Positions 18,538 to 27,843 of a stretch of 64,000 nt of DNA are shown in pieces (positions within the stretch are counted from its first letter, which is position 1; each line of letters begins with the position of its first letter). The notes beneath the pieces are model-generated. The model had not been told where the DNA came from. It saw only the letters and a list, made by a program, of their open reading frames with translations, and searched no databases. The stretch lies in NCBI GenBank assembly GCA_965248925.1, contig CBDFLE010000006.1, forward strand, positions 4,544,001-4,608,000. The letters are read 5' to 3'. The position numbers and the translations under genes were made by a program. The stretch comes from Candidatus Multivoradales bacterium. Lineage in GTDB: Bacteria > Acidobacteriota > Thermoanaerobaculia > Multivoradales > J023.

Positions 18538-20712
18538 CTAGGCTCGCAAGCGGCGTTCGAGCAAGGTGGCGCGGTGGGTGGCGGTGGTGGTGTGGATGGC
18601 AATCTCCAGCGCTCGTTTACTGCCGATGATGACAACCAGCCGTTTGCCACGGGTCAGGCCAGTGTAGAGCAAGTTGCGCTGCAACATAACGTAGTGCTGA
18701 GTATGCAGGGGCAAGACTACGCAGGGGTACTCACTGCCTTGGGACTTGTGGATCGAACAAGCGTAGGCCAGGACCAGCTCTTCCAGGTTGTTGAAATCGT
18801 AGGTCACAAGTCGGCCGTCGAAATCCACGGTTAGCTGGCTGTCTTCGCTGTCGATTTCGTGCACCAGGCCAATATCGCCGTTGAAAACTTCGAGATCGTA
18901 GTTATTTCGCTGCTGCATCACCCGGTCGCCACGACGCAGCAGTCGGGCCCCACGGCTGACCGCGGGACCGTCTGGATTGAGCAACGCTTGCAGCTCGGCG
19001 TTGAGATTGGTGGCACCGAGCAGGCCGCGGCGCATCGGTGTCAACACTTGCACTTGCCGCCGCGGATCGAGAGCAAAGCTAGAGGGCACCCGTTTGGCGA
19101 CTACCTTGAGCAAGGTGTCGAGTACCGCTTCGGATTGCTGGCGCTCGATGAAGAAGAAATCAGCGCCATCTTCGGCCCTTCGCAGCTCGGGCAGTTGACC
19201 GGCCAGCACGCGGTGGGCGTTGACCACAATCAGACTCTTTTGGGCCTGGCGAAAGACCTCGGTCAGGCGCACCACTTCAACGGCGTCTGAGCGGATTAGA
19301 TCTTCCAATACTCGGCCCGGACCCACCGAGGGCAGCTGATCGACATCGCCGACCAGCAGCAGCCGAGCCTTATCGGGTACCGCCGACAGCACCTGCTGAG
19401 CCAGCACCGTATCGAGCATCGAAGCCTCGTCGATCACTACCAGGTCGGCGGCCAGCGGCAGCTCAAGGCCACGGCTGAATTGGCGGCTGACGGGATTGTA
19501 TTCGAGCAGCCGGTGCACCGTCTTGGCTTCCATGCCGGTGACCTCTGCCAGTCGCTTGGCGGCCCGGCCGGTGGGCGCCGCCAGCACTATCTGCAAATGC
19601 TTGCGTTGCAGAACCCGAACAATAGCTCGCAGCAGGGTGGTCTTGCCGGTGCCGGGGCCGCCGGTTAGCACCATTACCTTGGCAATGGTGGCGCGAGCCA
19701 AGGCTTGGCGTTGCTGAGCAGCGAGGCGAATCCCCTCGGCGTCTTCGAACCAGCTGACCGCTTTGTCGATATCAATCCGTAGCGGCAGCTCGCGCTGAGC
19801 AGTCAGCGCCCGCAGGCGCTGCGCCAGGCTGTGCTCGGCGGTGGCCAAGGGAGCGAGGAAGATGGCTTGTTCGCCAGGCGGACCTTCGCGGGGGCTGTCG
19901 AAGGGTTCCGCCGCCAGGTCACCGCGCTCGAGCAGCCGGTCGAGGGCTGGGTTGAGGTTGGACTCCTCGATCTGCAGCAACTCCATGCTGGTCTCGACCA
20001 GCCGCTGGCGAGGTTGGAACACATGACCCTGCTCGGCGGCCCGGCGCAGGGTGTGCAGCACTCCAGCAGCGGCGCGCAGGGGAGAGTCACGGGCCAGGCC
20101 GAGGTCGGCGGCGATCTTGTCGGCGGTGAGAAAGCCGATTCCCCACACCTCTTCGGCCAAGCGGTAGGGATTCTCCCGTACTCGCGCGATCGACTCGGCA
20201 CCGTAGCGCTTGAAAATCTTCACCGCGTGTCCGCTCTGCACGCCGTGTGACTGCAGAAAAACCATGACCTCGCGGATTTCACGCTGCTCGCCCCAGGCTT
20301 CGACAATCCGCCGACTACGCTTGGCACCAATGCCCTCGACCTCGCGCAGGCGCTCGGGCTGGCGATCAATCACATCCAGGGTGTCAAGGCCAAAGTGGGC
20401 GACCAGCTTCTTGGCCAACCCGCGGCCAATACCCTCCACTAGGCCGGAGCCCAAATAGCGCTCGATGCCGAGATAAGTCGAGGGACGTACGCTGACGAAA
20501 GAAGCAACTTCAAACTGCTCGCCGAAACGCTTGTTGTTAACCCAATCGCCGCCCAGCCGCAGAGTCTCGCCCACCTGGACGCCGAGTAGCTTGCCCACCG
20601 CGGTCACCTTGCCGCGGCCGCGCACCTTCAGCCGAATCACACTCCAGCCGTTGTCTTGGTTGGCGAAGGCTATGCGTTCGACAACGCCCTCGATGGGTTC
20701 TTGCTGGCTCAA
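18538..20712 (-). CDS. recD2: ATP-dependent RecD-like helicase RecD2
   Basis: GGPGTGKT, APTGRAAKR, DEASM, VGDVDQLPSVG, IHKSQGSE, RNLLYT. TTG start overlaps the psd stop. Confidence 0.93.
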   Translation of the reverse strand: MSQQEPIEGVVERIAFANQDNGWSVIRLKVRGRGKVTAVGKLLGVQVGETLRLGGDWVNNKRFGEQFEVASFVSVRPSTYLGIERYLGSGLVEGIGRGLAKKLVAHFGLDTLDVIDRQPERLREVEGIGAKRSRRIVEAWGEQREIREVMVFLQSHGVQSGHAVKIFKRYGAESIARVRENPYRLAEEVWGIGFLTADKIAADLGLARDSPLRAAAGVLHTLRRAAEQGHVFQPRQRLVETSMELLQIEESNLNPALDRLLERGDLAAEPFDSPREGPPGEQAIFLAPLATAEHSLAQRLRALTAQRELPLRIDIDKAVSWFEDAEGIRLAAQQRQALARATIAKVMVLTGGPGTGKTTLLRAIVRVLQRKHLQIVLAAPTGRAAKRLAEVTGMEAKTVHRLLEYNPVSRQFSRGLELPLAADLVVIDEASMLDTVLAQQVLSAVPDKARLLLVGDVDQLPSVGPGRVLEDLIRSDAVEVVRLTEVFRQAQKSLIVVNAHRVLAGQLPELRRAEDGADFFFIERQQSEAVLDTLLKVVAKRVPSSFALDPRRQVQVLTPMRRGLLGATNLNAELQALLNPDGPAVSRGARLLRRGDRVMQQRNNYDLEVFNGDIGLVHEIDSEDSQLTVDFDGRLVTYDFNNLEELVLAYACSIHKSQGSEYPCVVLPLHTQHYVMLQRNLLYTGLTRGKRLVVIIGSKRALEIAIHTTTATHRATLLERRLRA

Positions 20713-21587
20713 GGGAGGTCGTTGTCGGCGGTGGTGGGGAGATGGCCGATGCGCTGCCCTAGGCGTAGGGGGGTGCCGACGGACTGGGTGTCGAGGCAGA
20801 GGGCATCGGCGGTCGCCACCAAGATGATGGTCGAGCCGAGTTCGAATCTGCCCCATTCCACCCCACGGCCGATCAGTTGCCCGCCATAAGTGCGGCGGAC
20901 GGCGGTCGCGCCGCGTAGGTTGGTGGTCAGATCATCAAAGCTCACCCGCACCTTGCCGACCACCGTCGCGCCCACCGCCACCAGCGCCAGGCGCCCGCCG
21001 CTGGCGAGGTCAAAAAAGGCACACAAGCGCTCGTTCTGCGCGAACAGTCCATCGATCCCTTCAACCCCGGCGCGGTTCACCGGCCACAGGGTGCCAGGTA
21101 AGTAGGTGGCGGCGGTGAGCTGGCCGTCCAAGGGCATGTGAAAGCGGTGGTAGTCGCGCGGTGAGAGGTAGAAGGTGGCGAACTGGCCACCCTCAAAGTG
21201 CGCCGCTTGGCGATCCGCGCCGAGCAAGGCGCCCAGCGAGTAGGGCCTCCCCTTGATCTGCAACAGCGCGCCGTCCCGCACCTGGCCGCTAGCCCCCCAA
21301 GCGCCATCGCAGGGCGCCACCAAGGCCATAGGATCTGCATCGATGGGCCGGGCACCCGGACACAGGGCGCGGGTGAAGAAGGACTGAAGGGTGGCGAAGC
21401 TGGACAGAGGATCGCGGACTTCGCTGAAGTCGACCCCGGCAAAGCGGCCATAGATCCTGATCACCAGGCGCATGAGAGGGCCCGGTAGGCGCAGCTCGGC
21501 GAGTCGCCCGAGGAGCCGGGAGAGGGTGTTTCTCGGCAGCAGGCGTACCGCGCCGAGGGTGAGTTTACGCTGCCATGGACTCATCAT
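20709..21587 (-). CDS. psd: Phosphatidylserine decarboxylase proenzyme
   Basis: FFTR, QIKG..YS, YLSPRDYHRFH, NER, and the ELGST cleavage motif. Confidence 0.93.
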   Translation of the reverse strand: MMSPWQRKLTLGAVRLLPRNTLSRLLGRLAELRLPGPLMRLVIRIYGRFAGVDFSEVRDPLSSFATLQSFFTRALCPGARPIDADPMALVAPCDGAWGASGQVRDGALLQIKGRPYSLGALLGADRQAAHFEGGQFATFYLSPRDYHRFHMPLDGQLTAATYLPGTLWPVNRAGVEGIDGLFAQNERLCAFFDLASGGRLALVAVGATVVGKVRVSFDDLTTNLRGATAVRRTYGGQLIGRGVEWGRFELGSTIILVATADALCLDTQSVGTPLRLGQRIGHLPTTADNDLP

Positions 21588-21652
21588 TCTTGCGGCTCAG
21601 AGGAGCGTTGACTCTACCACCGCCATCCGGAAGCGGTAAGCTTCGAGCACAG

Positions 21653-22048
21653 ATGCGTCTGCGCCCATTCCTATCGCTGCTCCTGATCGCCGTCGGGCTC
21701 TTCGCCTTGTTTCGGCTGCAATGGCAGCATCAGCTCGGCGGCCTGGCTTCGAGTCCACAGGAGATCTACGTCGACTTGGGGCGAGCCAAGATAGTCGGCG
21801 GCGGCATGGCCTTGTTGCGTTTTCATGCCTGGGACGGCGAGCGTGCCAACCTGGAGGTGCGCTGCGCCGCCGAGCGCGAGGTCTACGATCTGCGGACTGA
21901 CGACACCACCGGCGCGGTCTGTGGGTTGCAGGTCCGTTTGATGCTGATCTTCGAAGCTTCAGCCGAGGATCCCCTCAAGGCCTGGTTCGATGTCTACTGG
22001 CCAGCAAGCTCCGATTCGACGACTCACAATGTAAGCACTCTCGAATAG
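21653..22048 (+). CDS. Hypothetical membrane-anchored protein
   Basis: N-terminal hydrophobic helix; fills the gap upstream of the next + strand gene. Confidence 0.55.
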   Translation: MRLRPFLSLLLIAVGLFALFRLQWQHQLGGLASSPQEIYVDLGRAKIVGGGMALLRFHAWDGERANLEVRCAAEREVYDLRTDDTTGAVCGLQVRLMLIFEASAEDPLKAWFDVYWPASSDSTTHNVSTLE

Positions 22049-22067
22049 AGGCTTCGGAGGTATTCCT

Positions 22068-22673
22068 ATGTCAGAAGCAGTAGTTACCTGCCCGCTGTGC
22101 GGGGCCGAGAATTCCAACCGCCGACTTTGTGTCGGCTGTGGCAAGTCCTTGAAAGTGTCCACGGCGGCAAAGCGCGACCGGCGAATGATCTTGATTCCTC
22201 TGAGCATCGGCTGTGGAATCATCGGCCTCGCATTCAGTGGGGTGATCGCTGCGGTCCTGATTCCCAACTTCATAGACGCGGTGCAAAAAGCGAAGCAGAA
22301 GCGCACCGTTGCCGACCTGCGCATCTTTGGCAGTGCGTGGCAGACTTGGGCGGCTGATCAGGGAATCTCGGTCGTTGATCTGGCCGAAGATACGCAAACC
22401 TACGACTTCGATTCCCTCCAGGCCCTAGCCTGGACAGAGTTCGAATCACGTTTAGTGCCCGACTATCTGACCGAGATGTCGGCTACTGACGGATGGTCTC
22501 ACCCTTTCGAAGTCCGTGCCGATCTCGAAGACGGCCGCCTGGCGTTGCGTTCAGCCGGCCGCGACGGTGTCTTCGATTCTGACCAGCTGCCGATCGAAGG
22601 ATTTACCACCACTGACTACGACCAGGACATTGTCTGGGCCGAGGGGTTGTTCCTGCGCTGGCCACAGCGGTAA
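22068..22673 (+). CDS. Zinc-ribbon + TM + GspG/pilin-like domain protein
   Basis: CPLC..CVGC, then IAAVLIPNFIDAVQKAKQKRTVADLR, DGWSHPF, LRSAGRDG, DIVWAEG; RBS GGAGGT. Confidence 0.75.
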   Translation: MSEAVVTCPLCGAENSNRRLCVGCGKSLKVSTAAKRDRRMILIPLSIGCGIIGLAFSGVIAAVLIPNFIDAVQKAKQKRTVADLRIFGSAWQTWAADQGISVVDLAEDTQTYDFDSLQALAWTEFESRLVPDYLTEMSATDGWSHPFEVRADLEDGRLALRSAGRDGVFDSDQLPIEGFTTTDYDQDIVWAEGLFLRWPQR

Positions 22674-22746
22674 GTGGCCTTGGGTTAGCACTAACCAGCC
22701 CGGAGGCAGTCTTGGCAAAGGCAGCATCGCTGCTCATGCCCCCACT

Positions 22747-22798
22747 CAAGATCTGCTGGACCCAGAGCGGGATCGACTGCGACGTCCTGACCACCGTG
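22747..22798 (+). repeat. Degenerate copy of 27642-27701 (remnant of the 27378 gene family)
   Basis: 24/29 nt identity including an exact CCAGAGCGGGATCG, then a further 17/24 nt after an 8-nt gap. Both copies encode DLLDPERDR. Confidence 0.7.
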
Positions 22799-22852
22799 AT
22801 GGGTGGGTGTATTGCCTTCTCCAGTGGCAAAGAGAACCGATGTCGATTGTTC

Positions 22853-22881
22853 TTGACATTTTCGTGAGCCACGCGTAGCCT
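22853..22881 (+). promoter_or_regulatory. sigma70 promoter for the Cys-rich peptide operon
   Basis: TTGACA-N17-TAGCCT, about 210 nt upstream of ATG 23096. Confidence 0.55.
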
Positions 22882-23095
22882 TTTATCGGTTGTCAACGAG
22901 CCATGCTTGGTTGTTTGCGGTTGTTTCCACGCTACTGCTTTCCCATGATCTTGGGAAGTTTCGTGCCTGGGTACCTGGCAGTCTTATTCGTTGGGAGAAG
23001 GTTCTGTTCGATCTTGGCAGGGTTCGTTTCCACCTCACGCCGACCTTGTCGTCGGTTTCGCGGACAGTTTCTCAACACTATCGAAAGGAGTACAC

Positions 23096-23440
23096 ATGTC
23101 TCGAAAAACTCTCACCGTATCTATTCTGCTGACGCTATTCTGCGCGCCAAGCGTTTTTGCTGCCTGTAAGTACTGTGCGGGAAACTGGCCCGGCATGACT
23201 TGTAAGCTAGCCACCGGCACCAAGAGAGGCAATACAAAATGCAAGACTTCAGTGGGTTGGTGTACTTATGATACCGGTGGTGAAAGTTGCAACGGCGGCG
23301 GTTCATGCAATCCCGAATGGGCTTGCGAACCTGAGAATCAGGCGAGCTACGAGCTACCGAAAGTGCCTGCCGGCGAGACGCTGGTGCTGGTCGCGGATAC
23401 GCCGAAGTGCCAGGGTTCTGGGCAGACTATCGAAGCCTGA
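23096..23440 (+). CDS. Small secreted cysteine-rich protein
   Basis: AAAGGAG RBS; signal peptide MSRKTLTVSILLTLFCAPSVFA; 9 Cys in the mature part. Confidence 0.8.
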   Translation: MSRKTLTVSILLTLFCAPSVFAACKYCAGNWPGMTCKLATGTKRGNTKCKTSVGWCTYDTGGESCNGGGSCNPEWACEPENQASYELPKVPAGETLVLVADTPKCQGSGQTIEA

Positions 23441-25698
23441 TGAGCATTACTGCTTGGCCTCTGGCCTGGCTGGTCGGCGCACTGCTCGGTGCGCCGGCTC
23501 CTGCCGAACATTTCACTGTGCAGCTGAAGGTCGTCGGGGTGCAAGGGGTCATAGTCCCGGTCATGGTGGAGATTCGCGCTGCGAGCGATGATAACGCCAA
23601 GGTCATCCTACGACGGGAAGCTATGGCTCCGGGTGCGATTCGCCTACCTTTGCCAGCTGAGGCTTCCTGGTTGGTTTATCTCACCGCAGCAGGCTATTGG
23701 AGTGCCCCACGGCAATTCGATAGCAGCGCGGATCTGAGCGAGTTTGAGATCGAATTGTGGCGCGCGACGGAGGTTCACGGCCAGTTGCTGGTCTCTGAGA
23801 GGACGCCATCGCCCCATGCCATCGCCCTACGCTTGCAGTCGCACGACGGCAGATCGAGACCGCAGATCGCCCGCACCACCTTGGTCTGCCCGGTCGATGG
23901 AGAGGGATCTTTTCGCTGTTCCGCACCACGCGTTCCGGGGGCGGACTTGCGCTTTCGGGTGCCGGGATTCGCATCGCGGTTTTTTTGGGATGTTGATCTG
24001 ACGAAGGACCAGGAGTTCAACACCGGTGAGTTGACCCTGCGCCCCGGCGCAAGCGTCGTCGGACAGGTGACAGTGACCGGTCGCGCGGCCGCTGAAGAGG
24101 TGACGATCGAGCTTGCTCCCGCTCGACGCTCACCCTATGCACCAGTACCCCAAGCGGAGGTCGATGATGAGCAGGCGCGCCTCAGCAGCCGTCCCGACCC
24201 GCACGGCTTTTTTGCTCTGGAGGGCCTGGATCCTGGCGTTTACCGCTTGACCGCCCGGCACCCCGGCTTAGCGGCCGCTGAAGTGGAGCCTATTCGCGTG
24301 GTCGAAGGGGCTCAGACTCTGATCGAAGTGCCGATCGTCATGGCACCCGCCGAGCCGTTGCTGCTGAACGTCGAGCCGCAATTCGATCCCGACCAGGGGG
24401 ATTGGCGATTGCGGATCTTCAGCAGCTCGCTGCCCGGCCAGCACAGCGCGAGGCCAGTGGCCGAGGTTGATACCGTGGCGGGCTTTGTCAAGACGGCAGG
24501 GATTGCTTTGGGATTTTACGAGATCGAAGTGCTTGATTCGCTGGGTAGAGAGGTACAGAGCGCGCGGATATCGCACAGCGGCAGCAGTGGTATGCAATCC
24601 ATCGTGGTGACTTCTCTCCGTGTTGTTGGCCGGGTCAACCTTGGCGAAGATCCGCTGCTGGCCCTGGTCTCATTCCATCGCCTCGCGGTTGACCGGACTG
24701 CCGAGACCGACCCCGAGGGTAGCTTTCAGATCCTCTTGCCGGCTGAGGGCATTTGGGAGGTTGAGGTCGTCTCCGAGTTTCCCGAGGTCGCCTGGTACGA
24801 GCCCGAGGTCGAGTTGAAGGCCAAAGAGGGCATCGCCCAGTGGGTGCTGAATCTTCCCGGCACTCACCTCAGCGGAACGGTGGTGGATGCGGACGGCCAG
24901 GCTCGCGCCGGTGCTGAAATCACGGTTGATACTCGCATTCCGGTTTCGCGACAGAGCGACTCCGACGGCCATTTCGCGTTTCACGGATTGGAAGAGGGGC
25001 CGCACAAGATTGTGGCGACCGCTGGCGATGCCTTCAGCTCAGAGCCCGAGAGCATCGAGTTGCAAGAAGGCCACGAGTTGGAGGTGCAACTGGTTCTCGG
25101 GGAGAATCAGATCCTGGAAGGGCGGTTTCTAGATGCGGCCGGCAATGCCTTGCCCGGCCTCTGGCTGCTGACGGACGCTTTCACCGCTTCTGGCGCCCGC
25201 AGGTCATTTGGCGACTCCACCAGCACCGCGGATACCCAAGGTCGTTTTCGTTTCTTGCTAGGAAAATCCACCACCGAGGTTTTCTTAATGGCCTTAGTTC
25301 CTGGTGTCGGAACTCGCTCCGTGCTGCTCGAACCCGGCAACGTGGGCGACATCGTGGTAGGTCCAGAAACTGGCACTCTCCAACTAGATCTGGAGGTTCC
25401 TGCGGCCTGGGATCGTCGCTTTCAGCCCTTACCGGTGCTGGTGACACCTGCTGGTCTGCGCGTCCCCTGTGGCGCACTCATTCATTGGGCGAGCCTCAAC
25501 GGTGTCGCGAATGATCCGTTGGATACGAGTTTCACTTTCCCGCTACTGGAGCTAGGAACCTATCGGGCTTGTTGGCTGGGACCAGCCGATTTCTCCAGCC
25601 GTTTCTCGACTGGCACTGGTTGTGTTGCTGGCGAACTGCGGGCGGGTGCAACCGTGACTATGCGCTTGGCAAAGCTCGGTGGTGCTGACGATAAATAG
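23440..25698 (+). CDS. Secreted protein with multiple carboxypeptidase regulatory-like (beta-sandwich) domains
   Basis: TGATG coupling to the upstream peptide; signal peptide; repeated G.V.D..G..../D..G.F...GL..G.Y motifs. Confidence 0.75.
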   Translation: MSITAWPLAWLVGALLGAPAPAEHFTVQLKVVGVQGVIVPVMVEIRAASDDNAKVILRREAMAPGAIRLPLPAEASWLVYLTAAGYWSAPRQFDSSADLSEFEIELWRATEVHGQLLVSERTPSPHAIALRLQSHDGRSRPQIARTTLVCPVDGEGSFRCSAPRVPGADLRFRVPGFASRFFWDVDLTKDQEFNTGELTLRPGASVVGQVTVTGRAAAEEVTIELAPARRSPYAPVPQAEVDDEQARLSSRPDPHGFFALEGLDPGVYRLTARHPGLAAAEVEPIRVVEGAQTLIEVPIVMAPAEPLLLNVEPQFDPDQGDWRLRIFSSSLPGQHSARPVAEVDTVAGFVKTAGIALGFYEIEVLDSLGREVQSARISHSGSSGMQSIVVTSLRVVGRVNLGEDPLLALVSFHRLAVDRTAETDPEGSFQILLPAEGIWEVEVVSEFPEVAWYEPEVELKAKEGIAQWVLNLPGTHLSGTVVDADGQARAGAEITVDTRIPVSRQSDSDGHFAFHGLEEGPHKIVATAGDAFSSEPESIELQEGHELEVQLVLGENQILEGRFLDAAGNALPGLWLLTDAFTASGARRSFGDSTSTADTQGRFRFLLGKSTTEVFLMALVPGVGTRSVLLEPGNVGDIVVGPETGTLQLDLEVPAAWDRRFQPLPVLVTPAGLRVPCGALIHWASLNGVANDPLDTSFTFPLLELGTYRACWLGPADFSSRFSTGTGCVAGELRAGATVTMRLAKLGGADDK

Positions 25699-25925
25699 GC
25701 GCTAGCGACTTGAAAAGCTCGCTGTTGCCGCGTCGCGAGCGAGATCGGCACAGCTCTTTTGGTGCGATGACGGCCCTTTTGACGTGTGGCGTAGATATCA
25801 AGTGGGCAAGGCGCAGGCAATGTGCTAAAGTATCTCCCGTCGACTATTGACATGGATAGGTGATTTGAAACCCACACCGAGCGGGTCTCTGCGCTAGGAG
25901 GTAGCGGTGGAGACAATGCAGCGCA

Positions 25926-26909
25926 TTGCCGCTGACCGCTCGAATGCGGAACAAGAGCCGCACAGAGGGGCGAAAGGATCGCCAGTTGGGGGTACAGCTG
26001 GCACAGTTGGCGCTGGAGAGTCTTGAAGGTATTGCCGAAACTGGCTCGTCTGAAAAGCATCGGAACCTTCTTGCCCATGGGTGGACTTGGTTGGGAAGAG
26101 CTTATCGCGTGGCATTGGACTTCCTGGCTGTTCACCAAGCCTTACGACGTGCGTCTGAGGAACTACCGCCTAAAGCTGATCTGCTGGTACGTGCAGAATT
26201 GCTGGTCAACAAGGCTTGTCTGAGCTGGGCACAGCGGTGCTACGAAGACGCTTTGGCGTTCGCGAATGGCGCTCTGCCTCTGTTCCGCAACCTAGGAAAC
26301 ACCGGTTTCTTGGTCGAGGCTCTAGTCCTGCACTCGAACATCGTGAGGAAGGCACGGAGTGTTGAGGCGGCACTGCCGGATCTCATTGAAGCCCAGGAAC
26401 TGGTGGGGCGTTGGGCGGCGGCCGATCAACAGCTTGTTCTTGCGATCCACTCCAGCCTTGCCGATCTCCAAACCTCCGCGGGTAACTACCGCGCCGCGGC
26501 CCGAACCATAGCTACCGCGCGGGCCGATGCTCGTGAAGATGCGACCAATGAATTCAGTCTGGCCTTGCTGCAAGCCCAGGAAGGTCGTATCGCACTCGGT
26601 GAGAATCGCCTTTTGGAGGCGATCGACGTGCTAGAGCAGGCTCGCGAGAGATTTGTTTCATTGTAAGAGCTAGCGCCAGCTACACTGGTCTCCCTCGACT
26701 TGGCCGGTTTGTACATGCGGCAAGAGCGCCAGTCGGAAGTGGTCCGCATTGCAACGGACCTTCTTCCCATCTTTCGGGCCTATCGAATCGATAGTGGGAA
26801 GTTCGTGGCCAGCCAGCTCCTTGAAAACGCGCTGGAGTCGCAGACGGTCACTGAGAGTCTCTTGCAGCAGCTACGAGTTCTTGCGGTCGAGTATTTGCCC
26901 GGTCTCTAG
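25926..26909 (+). pseudogene. TPR-repeat protein, N-terminally truncated, with an in-frame stop
   Basis: Helical TPR-like repeats. TAA at 26664-26666 is followed in frame by ELAPATLVSLDLAGLY.. up to TAG at 26909. An upstream in-frame TAG near 25902 leaves no credible start. Confidence 0.7.
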
Positions 26910-26919
26910 AGCCAGTCCT

Positions 26920-27021
26920 TCATCCGTGCGGGTCAATCGCAAGATTGAACCTCCCTCGGCGCCTTGCTTCAATCCCGACGTGCCACCCGTTCAATCGCGC
27001 GTGGTGCCGTTCCTTTTGCAT
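26920..27021 (-). CDS. 33-aa peptide ending in IDPHG, convergent with the TPR gene
   Basis: Translated by hand: MQKERHHARLNGWHVGIEARRRGRFNLAIDPHG*. Purine-rich GAGAGGAAAGAGGAG lies directly upstream. Confidence 0.4.
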   Translation of the reverse strand: MQKERHHARLNGWHVGIEARRRGRFNLAIDPHG

Positions 27022-27244
27022 CTCCTCTTTCCTCTCGAAGCTGCTCCCTAGCCGGTCGACATGACCACCGAAGGTCAGCTCCTAGCACGACCCTAGCCTC
27101 ACTTCGGCGAAATATGCAGTCTTTTTGGTCGGTCTTTTGTGGCAGAAACCGATGGCCGGAAAGGTGAGCCCGCCGGGCGGAACTCCAGTCAGAATGCTCT
27201 GGCAAACGCGACCGGCGTTGCCTGAGGTCTGCTTCCCCTCCGAT

Positions 27245-27300
27245 TGGCGGTCGCAGTGGATCCGAGCATCCCCCGCCACTGCGATCGCCACCCTCTTTTT
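27245..27300 (+). terminator. Strong hairpin with a pyrimidine/T tail upstream of ORF 27378
   Basis: TGGCGGTCGCAGTGG / CCACTGCGATCGCCA 15-bp stem (one G-U), then CCCTCTTTTT. Confidence 0.5.
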
Positions 27301-27377
27301 CTCCTGAGCAAGAAAATGCTGGCTCTCATCACCGCTACCGCAACCATGGAAGAGCTGGGTGGCAGGAGGTTATTTCT

Positions 27378-27788
27378 ATGACCAAGGCCCTCGCTCCCAA
27401 GCTCGACGATGTGGCGAATCTGTTGCTACTATCGGAGGAGGCGAGTGCCGATCTCGGCAAGCTAACTCGGTACCTGATCAGCAGAGATCCATTGACGGGT
27501 CCGCTGCTGGCTGAGTTGCACCGGAAGGCCCAGGAGGCCCGCATCCAGATCGGCACTTTTCACTGGGCGTTCTCGGCGTTGCCGCTGAGCGGCGAGGTGG
27601 ACTTGCTGCTCTCTGCGGATGGGCGGACCTGGAAGCGCGCCCATGACTTGCTCGATCCAGAGCGGGATCGCGGCATAGACTACGTGGGTTTGATCACCGT
27701 GCTCGATGCGCGGATTGCGCGTTTCCGTGGCAACAAGATCCGGATGCGGCAGATCTGCCAGCGGCTGGCTAGGGTAGCGGAAAGGTAG
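27378..27788 (+). CDS. Hypothetical helical protein
   Basis: AGGAGGT RBS; 136 aa; a decayed copy at 22747 conserves the reading frame at synonymous positions. Confidence 0.65.
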   Translation: MTKALAPKLDDVANLLLLSEEASADLGKLTRYLISRDPLTGPLLAELHRKAQEARIQIGTFHWAFSALPLSGEVDLLLSADGRTWKRAHDLLDPERDRGIDYVGLITVLDARIARFRGNKIRMRQICQRLARVAER

Positions 27789-27843
27789 GCAGGGGAGACC
27801 AAGACCCAGGCGTTTGGGAACGCTAGCCAGAAACAAAGAGAAC

